The notes beneath the pieces were generated by a model, which worked only from the letters and a program-made list of their open reading frames with translations, had not been told where the DNA came from and ran no database searches. The position numbers were made by a program, and so were the translations under genes. Positions 40,401-50,300 of a stretch of DNA of 64,000 nucleotides are shown here, in pieces. Positions within the stretch are counted from its first letter, which is position 1. Each line of letters opens with the position of its first letter. The DNA is from an uncultured bacterium (GTDB lineage: Bacteria; Fidelibacterota; Marinisomatia; Marinisomatales; UBA1611): the NCBI GenBank assembly GCA_964525185.1, contig CAZGFQ010000006.1, positions 3,573 through 67,572 on the forward strand. Direction: 5' to 3'.

Positions 40401-40430
40401 AAAAAGGGGCAAGTTTCCTTGCCCCTTTTT
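40401..40430 (-). terminator. Rho-independent (bidirectional) terminator after the 797-aa gene
   Basis: AAAAA-GGGGCAAG-TTTC-CTTGCCCC-TTTTT, 22 nt downstream of the stop at 40452. Confidence 0.85.
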
Positions 40431-40451
40431 AGGTTCATCAAATGAATGATC

Positions 40452-42812
40452 TTATTTCAAGAGCATCATTTTCCCTGTTAAGGACTGTTGACCAGCTTCT
40501 ACTTGATAGATGTAGAGACCAGAAGCAACGGATTGACCAAAGTTGTTTGTTCCGTTCCAAGAAACCATGTTGGTTCCTGAAGCGAGATTACCACTTTGGA
40601 TTGTTGCAATTTCTTCACCTAATACGGAGAAGATTCTTACAGTCACATCAGAACGTACATTCAAGTTGAATGCAATGTTCGTTGTTGGGTTGAATGGGTT
40701 TGGATAGTTACCGAGTAACTCAAAAGATTGAGCTAATGGGTTCGTATCTTCATCACCGACAGATGCCCACACGTCAGCCCATACTACAGCTGATTGTAAA
40801 GGACCAAATCCTTGAATACCTGTCCACACATATCCTGAATCAGCATCTGTCGCATTTGTTGCTAACGGATCAAAGCCAAAGAAAACAGATTTACTTCCAT
40901 TATCGTGTGCTTTATAAGGTCCTGTAGCCATTAATTCAGCATCATCTGAAAGAACACCATTAGAATCAAGAACTGTGGAATAAGCGTTGAAAGAGTTGCT
41001 GAAACCATCAACAACATCTACAGCGTCTAGCCAGTTGTCAATCCCTAATTCATAATTAGGATCATAGTTAAGATCTAATGAGTCAGCTAAGAAAGCATGA
41101 AGTGCACCAGAAATAGCATCGCCTTCAATAGCTTCTAAACGAGATACACCACCTTGGTCGCCACTTGCACCATAATTAATATCATTATAGTCAGCATCAA
41201 TACCAAGAACATCATATTGGAAATCACCTTCAACATAGTCAAGATTCGTCCAACTAGATTGTGCGCCTAACCATTCATCGCCTGCGAGAATGTAGTTTTT
41301 ATCACCTTCAGCAAACCATGGAGCAACAGCTTCACTGTTAATTACAGCTGGGCCACCGCCACTCATTTCAATCACTGATTCGTATGCTGCTAAAAGGTCG
41401 CCAGTAGCTGCACCATAATTAGCACCATCCCAGAAATCGAATGGGTGTGTTAAACCATACATATAGTATCCAGCAATAAACGAACCATATTCTGCACTAT
41501 TATAGAAAAATAGTGTTGGTTGTGTTGCTTGAAAAATACTGTAATACCATTGGGTTGTTTCAGTTTCATTACCTTCAACATCTGTTGCAGTAATCCACCA
41601 ATAGATTTCAGTTCCTGCTTCCATTCCTGGAATTTCAGCAGAATATGTATCACCATCAGCTGTCATATCAAATGTTTGATATGCGTGAGATGGCATTGGA
41701 TATACATGCAATGTTGCACTTGCAACACCAGCAGCACCACCAGATGGGTTATCATCCGTGATTGTAGCTGATACTGGGCGAGCATCATTAGACATTGTTG
41801 TATAAAGAGGTGTAGCACCGCTAATAGCTGGAGCACGATCACCTGTTAGTTCAACCGCTAAATTATAGCGAATGAGCCAATGGCGAATATGCCAACCACC
41901 GTTACCGGATGTACCACCACAACCTGCATAAAACTTCATGAAAGCCCATGGAGAAACAACGCCGTTACCTTCTGCATAGAAGAAACCAGTTGCTTCATCG
42001 TCTCCGCCACCTTCACCGGTGTAAGAAACCATAATACCAACCCATTCACCTTGCAACAATTCTGGTTCAGAACCAAAATCAGCAAAATTAATCCAATGGT
42101 CAGTAATTCCATCCACAGCATAGTCACCGTGTGTAGCAGGTGTCATTGTTACAGCTGTAACACCGTCTGGCCATACAAGACCCATTACAGGAACTCCGGG
42201 AGGTCCAAAACCTGCCTCGCTACCTAATGGATCTGTTGCGCCTTCTGCAACAGCGTTAGCACCATCTTGACAAATACTGACTGTTCCGCCAGATGTGTAT
42301 TCTGTACCTTCAATAGAAACAGAACCATCTTCAGCCATATCATATCCACCAATCCAACCGTCACCATCAACAGCATCACTGCTATAAGCAGTTTCGCCAT
42401 CAGCGGTTACTGGATAAGAAAGTCTATGGACAGAAACGGTAAATTCCTGATCGCCAGTACCCCACTCATAAATGGGAATATTTACGCCCTTAAGGGTCGC
42501 ATCTGCTGGTAATTGATACATCATTAACATAGCGTCGCCAGGAGATTGGATAAATTGTCCACCCCATCCTACTTGGCTATCATATGACATTGTATCAGCT
42601 GTACCACGGTTGAAACTCTGGGTGTATTCCTTACGAGGAAGTACAATCGGTCCCGTTAAAGCATCTGCTTCACCTGTTGAGCCGTTCTCTGAATAATGTA
42701 GTCCTAAATGGCTTCCAGCACGGTCAACCGAACCAGATTTTGCTCCTTCTGCAGAAAGAGTCCATGTTAGGACGAGCATTACGCTTAAGAACTTTATCAC
42801 ATTCTTACTCAT
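40452..42812 (-). CDS. Secreted protein with T9SS (Por-type) C-terminal sorting domain; N-terminal region of unknown function
   Basis: I prefer the ATG at 42812 (MSKNVIKFLSVMLVLTW), which follows AAGGAG. The C-terminus YPNPFNPTTNIAFNL...VRIFSVLGEEI...SGLYIYQVEAG...GKMMLLK is a typical CTD. Confidence 0.8.
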   Translation of the reverse strand: MSKNVIKFLSVMLVLTWTLSAEGAKSGSVDRAGSHLGLHYSENGSTGEADALTGPIVLPRKEYTQSFNRGTADTMSYDSQVGWGGQFIQSPGDAMLMMYQLPADATLKGVNIPIYEWGTGDQEFTVSVHRLSYPVTADGETAYSSDAVDGDGWIGGYDMAEDGSVSIEGTEYTSGGTVSICQDGANAVAEGATDPLGSEAGFGPPGVPVMGLVWPDGVTAVTMTPATHGDYAVDGITDHWINFADFGSEPELLQGEWVGIMVSYTGEGGGDDEATGFFYAEGNGVVSPWAFMKFYAGCGGTSGNGGWHIRHWLIRYNLAVELTGDRAPAISGATPLYTTMSNDARPVSATITDDNPSGGAAGVASATLHVYPMPSHAYQTFDMTADGDTYSAEIPGMEAGTEIYWWITATDVEGNETETTQWYYSIFQATQPTLFFYNSAEYGSFIAGYYMYGLTHPFDFWDGANYGAATGDLLAAYESVIEMSGGGPAVINSEAVAPWFAEGDKNYILAGDEWLGAQSSWTNLDYVEGDFQYDVLGIDADYNDINYGASGDQGGVSRLEAIEGDAISGALHAFLADSLDLNYDPNYELGIDNWLDAVDVVDGFSNSFNAYSTVLDSNGVLSDDAELMATGPYKAHDNGSKSVFFGFDPLATNATDADSGYVWTGIQGFGPLQSAVVWADVWASVGDEDTNPLAQSFELLGNYPNPFNPTTNIAFNLNVRSDVTVRIFSVLGEEIATIQSGNLASGTNMVSWNGTNNFGQSVASGLYIYQVEAGQQSLTGKMMLLK

Positions 42813-42906
42813 TTTAACTCCTTTGTTTGTTTTTCTTGCTTGCAAGCAACAATAAATGGGAATACAATCTGTATTTTACTCCACCTATTGCGCCTTCTAC
42901 CTTCGT

Positions 42907-44007
42907 TTAAAAGGCGAAGTTTAAAGATAACCAGCTTACTCCACTGAAAAATTCAGCAGATCTGTATGCATAGTCTACGGATAAACCTACACCTAATAGT
43001 TTGGAAAAGTCCAGTCCAAATCCAAATGACGGACCCCAGATAAAATCTTCAGTTTTTTGTTCCCAAACAACATCTTCGCTATCATCGGTTGTACCTTCAA
43101 TACCGTCATCACCAAAGGGTTCTGGATCTTGGGCGAAAGCCATTCCGCCACGGAGATAAAGCATTCCCATGGTTTTAACTTCTGCGCCAAAGCGATATTC
43201 ATCGAATGAAAAATTGTTATTTAAAAAGGATGCTGCTAATGTAACATCATTTCCAGAAAAGGATTTATTGTATGCTGCTCCCATTTCAAATGTTGTGGGC
43301 ATTTCAAATTGAGATGTTCCAATTTGACGAGGCTCATTAGGCGTTCCTGGATCAGTACCTTCTGGTTGATGAAATTCGTCTAAGTCAGATCCGCTGAATT
43401 TCATATTTGTTCCTAGATTTCTAATGGATGCCCCAAGCTGAATATTATTAATATTGTATTGAACACCTGCGTCCACTGCAAATCCTGTTGCCGTTTCTCG
43501 CATAATGGATTCATTCACAATTTTAAATTCAGTTCCAAATCGAATCCGATCCGTTACGCGACGCGCATACATTGCGCCCAATGTAAAGAATCTCGGTGAA
43601 TACATTTCACCTGTTCCGTCAGGTTGATAACTTGTAGTAACAGGAATATCGCCAAAATTAAATGACTTTAAAGATACACCAAACATATTGGCACCTACAG
43701 ATGTGGCAACAATACCATAAGACATATCAATATCAGCAATCCAATTACTTTGAGAAAACATTGCTTCCCCATTTCCTTCCATACCACCTAAACCAGCAAT
43801 GTTCCAGTGAGCTGCCTCTACACCTGTAATACCAGCTACATAAGCACCAGACATTGCAGTTCCTCTAGAACCGAGAGGCATTAATAATTCCTGAGCGCCC
43901 GCTGTTCCACGGCGAGCTTTACTCCCCGCTTCTACTGCTGTGCTCAGAAAAAAGATCCCGAGCAAAAGCCCTATAGACACATATTTGTAATAAATAGATT
44001 TATACAT
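42907..44007 (-). CDS. PorV/PorQ-family-like outer-membrane beta-barrel (module A)
   Basis: Signal peptide, then GTAGAQELLMPLGSRGTAMSGAYVAGITGVEAAHWNIAGLG (compare the family motif ...aamGGA...NPAG). Also a beta-strand pattern and terminal LNFAF. Paralogous to 57814-58890. Confidence 0.65.
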   Translation of the reverse strand: MYKSIYYKYVSIGLLLGIFFLSTAVEAGSKARRGTAGAQELLMPLGSRGTAMSGAYVAGITGVEAAHWNIAGLGGMEGNGEAMFSQSNWIADIDMSYGIVATSVGANMFGVSLKSFNFGDIPVTTSYQPDGTGEMYSPRFFTLGAMYARRVTDRIRFGTEFKIVNESIMRETATGFAVDAGVQYNINNIQLGASIRNLGTNMKFSGSDLDEFHQPEGTDPGTPNEPRQIGTSQFEMPTTFEMGAAYNKSFSGNDVTLAASFLNNNFSFDEYRFGAEVKTMGMLYLRGGMAFAQDPEPFGDDGIEGTTDDSEDVVWEQKTEDFIWGPSFGFGLDFSKLLGVGLSVDYAYRSAEFFSGVSWLSLNFAF

Positions 44008-44022
44008 TCTATCCTCCGATGC

Positions 44023-47000
44023 TTAAAATAAGTCCAGCCGCTCTTCAGGCTGGAAGATTGCAAGTTTCAAAATTTTCTCTCCAATGGCAGAACCATTCTC
44101 ATCTGTGACGGTGATATATGCAATATATACACCACTTGCTACAGGAATACCATTGCTATTTCTCAAATCCCAAACAGCCCGGTTACCACCCGCGGCATTT
44201 TCACTTTCAACGCTATGGTCAAATCGTGTAACCAAATCTCCAGAAATGGTATAAATCCGAATTGTAGATGTACCTACACCTAAATGTGTAAAATAAACCA
44301 TTCTACCCTGAGGGTTACCCTCTTCTGGATTTTGTCCAAAATATGGATTGGGGAATACATTGATTTTTTCAATATCGAGTGAAACGTCTGCACTTGATGC
44401 TGTACCAATTGGAGTAAATTGATATTCGTCTACCCCTTGTACCAATGGATTATCAAATACAATTTCGATTTGATCGCCGCCTTGCCATACAGTATTGTTC
44501 CGATCGAAATTCAGTACCCAACCTGTTTGATCTGCATTATTTTGCGGATGAATAGGTGAAACAGAACTTGCATTATAATCTGTATATACAGGTACATATT
44601 GGAAGTTTGCTGAAAAAGCCCAATGGCTTACCGTTTCATCTTCATTAAATATAGCACCTTCAATTAAGCTAGACGGTTTTGATGCTCCAGCAACCTGGTA
44701 AGTCAAAACATTGATTTGTCTTTCTTCTCCGCCTTCAACATCCCATAATTCAAATGGAATCATAATTGTATCAGGATCCACATTCCCGCGTAACGATTGA
44801 ATATTTGCGTAAGAAGCGATAGATCCATTTTCCGTAAATCGTAATTCTAAATCGCGTTGCTTATCTGCTACACCAGGGACGCCATTCGCAGGTGAAAAAC
44901 CAGCATTTGCACCATAAGCATCAAATAAGAAATTCATATAATCTGCCCAAGCACTAAACCCGCCAGACCCTAACCCTGAAAAAGCAAGTGCAGAATTAAC
45001 TGTATCTGCCACCGTTTCTGTTGCGCTAGAATAATCGTTCACATCCCACAAACCATCTTGGAATGTTAAAATAAATCCATCTGTAATAGTATTATTAATA
45101 TAAACACCGTCAGGGTCAATTCCGCCATTTGCATCTTTTAAGATGGCAAAGTAGTCTTGTGTAATTGGGAATAGCGTATCTTCAGCAACGACTTCTCCAC
45201 CACTAGATAAAACCCATTTAGACCTAGTGCTGTCTGCTTCTTCAACTGTAACACTATATAATTCACCCGTTAATAAATATGGGTCAACCACATTTGGATA
45301 AATGGATGTTCCTGCTGTGCCGGACGTATGTGAATATTCCACATTTTCATTATTACCAATAGCTAATTCTGTTCCAACTCCTGGTGGATTTGGAATAGCG
45401 GTATACGAATAAATAGGACTTTCAATAACGCGTTTCGCTGCTTCTGGGTCATACGCATAAGCTGTAACAGCAAAATAATATTCACGATAATTAATTAATA
45501 ATCCACCATCTACATAATCTTGATCAATTTCAATAAAGTGATCAATACCAGTATCGGTACCAAACTGAGATGGGAATTCTAATAATTCTCCAGTAGCATC
45601 ATCTAAACCTTGATCAATGATTAATTTAATATCATCCACTAAATCATATGTGGTAATTCGCTTCCATGGACCTACAGCAGATTCACCTTGGTAAATATTA
45701 TACCCTTGGAATCCATATCCAGCACATGAATATTCTTCAACTTTTTCTGCAATACCTTCAAATGATAAAACTACTTTTCGATCCATTTGAGACACTTCTA
45801 CTTCTGGAGCTGGAGGTGAACACACATTAAAGTTTGCATCAAAAGCACCTTGAGCAAAATTATCATAGTATTTCATTTTTGTAATAGACTTTTGCCAATC
45901 GCCACTTGCTGCAATTATGATAGAACCTACAACTTCTGCTGTGTCGCCTACATTAAAAGTAAATGGACCTGATGTCATCATATAACGACGATCACCTTCG
46001 GTATGATCTAAATCACCAGCCCCCGTAACCGGGTTTCCTGCATGGCGGAATAAGGTAGGTTCACCTGTACCTGGATCAACAAATTGTTCTCCTGTTTCAC
46101 CGTTTCTACCATTCATGTAATTTAGAGCTTCTTCGGCTGTCTCGGGGTCACCCGCTGTTGGATCACTATTTGTATATTTAGCAAAAGATGTAAGGCCGAG
46201 TCTTTTCTTACCGTTAAAGGTTTTTACAAAATAACTAGAATCTTGCGACCATGTTAATATAGATGCAGTATCTCCTTCAGAGTCCACTAGAGGTCCCTGA
46301 AAGAAGTCCGCACCGGCAGCTGGAACACCAGCACCGTATAACATATCTGCACCAGCATTATATGTATATCCAACACTCAATAAAGTATCACAACCGACTA
46401 AATCGTCACTTGCATCGCCAACATCATCATCATGCCACATAGATACATAAACACTATCTAAATCATCTGTACCTTTGTTAATAGCCACCCAGCGAACAAA
46501 AAGAATATTTCCTAGGGCGCCTGCTTGGTTAAAACCAAAAACAGATGTTTGAACTTCAACACCCATAGGAACCGTTCCCCATAAGTTTTGATGTGTTGCG
46601 GCATCACCATCATTCATAACATACCAATGAAACATGTCTCCTAAAATATCAGGATAATCACCATCTTGTATGTTATATACACCATCACCGTTTGCATCTA
46701 TCCACGGAGCCCCATCTTCTGCGGGCCAATTTTCAAAATCACTTGTAGGAAATGATTTTGTTGCTGGCTCAGTAAATATATTAGCACCATCAATTTTCGT
46801 AATGGGTAATGAAGCACTCATAGCGCTATAAGTGGCATAATCATTTTCAAGAAAAGCATCTAGTTCCGCACGATGAATTTGATAAATATGTCCATCGCTC
46901 GTACCGGACATATTCCCCGGCACAAATTCCGCAGAATATTCTGATGCAGCAGAACGCACATCATCCGTATATGGCGTTGTATCATCTTCATCCGACAAGG

Positions 47001-47313
47001 AAGGATCGTTTGGTCTTGATTTTGCACTTATCATCCAAAGACCAGATTGAAAAATAGCAAATTTGCCACTCCCCTTTGGCCATTCAGTTCCAGAACTTCC
47101 CGTTACGTGATAACTTGATACGTCGCCATGATTACCATGTACAGTGGAAATATTATTTCCATCCCATAAAACGTGTTCAATTACACCCGAGTTAGGAAAC
47201 ATAGATTTGAACAATCCGTTCGCATGGTCTGGGTCTCCTACTTTATTTGTTGGTTCTGCAGCCATTAGCATTGTGCCCATAGCCAACAGAAGAATTATTT
47301 TTTTAATTTGCAT
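44023..47313 (-). CDS. ~1100-aa secreted protein: unknown N-terminal domain, FN3-like middle domain, T9SS/FlgD-Ig-like C-terminal domain (module A)
   Basis: I prefer the ATG at 47313 (MQIKKIILLLAMGTMLMA), which follows AGGAGA. FN3-like PPAPEVEVSQMDRKVVLSFEG...FQGYNIYQGES. CTD INVFPNPYFG...IRIYTISGDLV...WDLRNSNGIPVASGVYIAYITV. Paralogous to 54518-57817. Confidence 0.75.
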   Translation of the reverse strand: MQIKKIILLLAMGTMLMAAEPTNKVGDPDHANGLFKSMFPNSGVIEHVLWDGNNISTVHGNHGDVSSYHVTGSSGTEWPKGSGKFAIFQSGLWMISAKSRPNDPSLSDEDDTTPYTDDVRSAASEYSAEFVPGNMSGTSDGHIYQIHRAELDAFLENDYATYSAMSASLPITKIDGANIFTEPATKSFPTSDFENWPAEDGAPWIDANGDGVYNIQDGDYPDILGDMFHWYVMNDGDAATHQNLWGTVPMGVEVQTSVFGFNQAGALGNILFVRWVAINKGTDDLDSVYVSMWHDDDVGDASDDLVGCDTLLSVGYTYNAGADMLYGAGVPAAGADFFQGPLVDSEGDTASILTWSQDSSYFVKTFNGKKRLGLTSFAKYTNSDPTAGDPETAEEALNYMNGRNGETGEQFVDPGTGEPTLFRHAGNPVTGAGDLDHTEGDRRYMMTSGPFTFNVGDTAEVVGSIIIAASGDWQKSITKMKYYDNFAQGAFDANFNVCSPPAPEVEVSQMDRKVVLSFEGIAEKVEEYSCAGYGFQGYNIYQGESAVGPWKRITTYDLVDDIKLIIDQGLDDATGELLEFPSQFGTDTGIDHFIEIDQDYVDGGLLINYREYYFAVTAYAYDPEAAKRVIESPIYSYTAIPNPPGVGTELAIGNNENVEYSHTSGTAGTSIYPNVVDPYLLTGELYSVTVEEADSTRSKWVLSSGGEVVAEDTLFPITQDYFAILKDANGGIDPDGVYINNTITDGFILTFQDGLWDVNDYSSATETVADTVNSALAFSGLGSGGFSAWADYMNFLFDAYGANAGFSPANGVPGVADKQRDLELRFTENGSIASYANIQSLRGNVDPDTIMIPFELWDVEGGEERQINVLTYQVAGASKPSSLIEGAIFNEDETVSHWAFSANFQYVPVYTDYNASSVSPIHPQNNADQTGWVLNFDRNNTVWQGGDQIEIVFDNPLVQGVDEYQFTPIGTASSADVSLDIEKINVFPNPYFGQNPEEGNPQGRMVYFTHLGVGTSTIRIYTISGDLVTRFDHSVESENAAGGNRAVWDLRNSNGIPVASGVYIAYITVTDENGSAIGEKILKLAIFQPEERLDLF

Positions 47314-47345
47314 TGTATTATATCTCCTATTTTCCTGACTCATCA

Positions 47346-50300
47346 TTATAAATCAATCCTGAAACCAATTCGTACTTGTCTTGGTTCTTCCCAATTATAA
47401 GGATTTGACAGTTTGGAATTATAAAGGTTAGCGGCTTGTTCCTGTGTCGCTGTTCCATTAAAAGCAGCAGTTGTCATCCAATTAACACCTTCATCTGTTC
47501 CAAGCCAACCATCATTATCAGCTTGACCAGTTGCGGGATAAATTGTACTTACATTTCTGAAATCTAAGAGGTTTTTCACCCAGACAAAGAATTTCATATT
47601 GTATTTACCAAAACTCAAACCTTTGTCCACTTTTAAATCTACATTCATAGACCAAGGCATATTTGCTGAATTAAATGCAGCAGTAGGTCGGTAAGAAATT
47701 CCACCTGTTAAAACTTCTGTGTCTACTTGGACTGGAGTGTACGGAAGACCACTACCAAATCTCATTAATAAATTCATACCAAATAATGGTAATCTAGAAC
47801 GAGCTCCTGTGCGGTAATCAAGCGCTAGATTTCCAGTGTGGCGCTGATCAAAATCAAGAGGTGAAACATAGGTTAAATTATTACCACCTTGCCAAGCAAT
47901 ACGATAATTACCACCTGCGCTTGACCCTGTACCCCCCGCATACTGTAGAGTGTAATTCGCATCAAGCATTAAATTACTTACTCTCCGAGTTTTTAATGAT
48001 AAGCTTAATCCTTTAACTGTACCATAATCCCCATTCACATATAGAGCATATCCAACGGGACGTGCAGCAATATTTCGAATTTGAGGGTAACCTGTCATTT
48101 GTTTGTAAAAAACGGTAGCATCAATACTTATATCAGACGAAACCATTTGTTTAAAACCAATTTCGTATTGTGTGTTTTCTTGTGGTTGTAAATCTGGGTT
48201 TGCGGAAATAGTGAAATTCCCTTGGCTCAAATTTTGAACAAATCGAATATAACTTACAAACAAACGATTATTTTCAGGCTGTTGGAAATATTTTCCATAC
48301 TGTGCGTGAAATACCGTTTTATCTGAAATTGGGAATGCCATACCAACACGCGGGCTAATTAATGATCTTGGTTCTGCATCAATACGGTGTGGACGACCTG
48401 TTTCATCTTCCGATGTGGGGTCCCAATAAATATATTCAGCGGGATCTAATATGCCATTTTCATCCGCATCTTTTGCATAAACTGTTTCAGCAATTTGATT
48501 GTTATCATCAATAACAATATTATTTGCTCCACCTGTTTCAGGGTTGAAAATTTGGTTCGCTGGGTCGAAATAATCATAACGTAATCCTAAATTCAAAACT
48601 AAATCGTTTAACTCAATTTTGTCTCGAAGATAAAATGCTCTGCTATTAGGGCGACGCGCATCATCTTGACCTGAGTTTACTTCTTCTTCACCTGTAATAT
48701 TGTATCCAATATTTTCAGCATAAGCAGATGCATACGCTTGATGTTTATAATTACCAAAATAATCATCATAATCTGAATCGCCATCGCCGTCATAATCATC
48801 ATTTTTCCAGGAATCAGTATCATCTTGAGTATAATCTAAGACGCCATCTTGACCCATAGTGACAGACAGTGCGGAATCTAAAACGACACCATTTGAATCA
48901 GTATCAGTTGCAACCCATTCATAATTCCAAATATCTTGAGTTCCTGAATATGGCGCATTTACTGAAAAATAGTTTGTAACAGAACGAGAGCGGCTCAACC
49001 TATAATAACGAATCATACTATTTGTTATTTCAAATCCTGCTTTCAATTCGTGATTATTATACTGCCACGTCAATGAACCGGTAAATGCATCTCTAGAAGT
49101 GTTGCGTTTTGTATAATTACTTCCGTCTGCGCTTGTATATCCAGCTTTAGTATAGTTTGCTAATTCTAAATCTGGAGTTGGCATTTTTGCATTTCCGTTA
49201 TATAGTGGGTTGATATAATTCATATCGTCATACCGCATTTCGTTATAATGCCAAAATGCTGTTGAGTCCCACGCCCAATATACACTTGTATCTTGAGCCC
49301 ACGATTGTGAACCAATATCTACCGTATCGAAATTCCAATAATCATAATCATAAACACCTAAAATATTATCATTAGAGTCAGTGACCACATATTGATAAAC
49401 AGGATCACTAGTATAATCATACATTTTACCTGAATTAATATAAGGAACTTCCAGTCCAGATAATGTTCCGTCTTCATAAGTAAATTGACCATAACTTTGA
49501 TCAAAAACAGGATCATAATACTTATACGAATCTTCCGAGTGACTGTATTGCACATTAAAAAACATATTTTTAAATGCAGGAATAGCGCCACTCAAATTAC
49601 CATAGTAAGATAAAAACCCATTGTCTGATTTATTAAATCTATTTATCCAATCGCCTGTGCCAACTTTATTGGATGTGCTATTTGGGCTATACATATCGAA
49701 CAAGGAGCGTGAATGACTATAATTAGATCGCTCACTATTAAATGATGACCCACCTATTTTTAATTTCCAGGGTAATTTAAACTTTGGCTGAAAATCAATA
49801 AGGACGTTACCGGCAATACTTGATTTTTCAATCCAGTTATTTGGCTTAGGCCCCCATCTATATTCTACATCGTCAGCTGAAATATCGCGATAATCTGGCG
49901 CGTCGTATTCGCCATTACCGTTATTATCTGTATATACTTCTGCGGGAGTATCAATGCCCTCATCGTAAACACCGTTTGCATCTTTATCAATAAAATCATC
50001 CCAAATGGTATTCCCATTTGCGTCAATATAATTATCACCAACATCAGGCCGGCCTGCAGCATCAAGTTCGCCTGTATAATAAGGGATTGTTGCATTTGTT
50101 GGGCTTGCATCTGCTAAACTAGATTGTTCAACAGAAAGGAAGTATCGTAACCAGTTTAATCCTGGAACGGGTCCACCTAAAGCAAATGAACCTAATTGGT
50201 ACCCGTAAGAATAAGCGAATGGTTTATCTACTGATGCATCGGGAGAACCAAAATCTTTAATACCTTCAACGGTAATATCTAAATCAGATCCACCTGTTTT

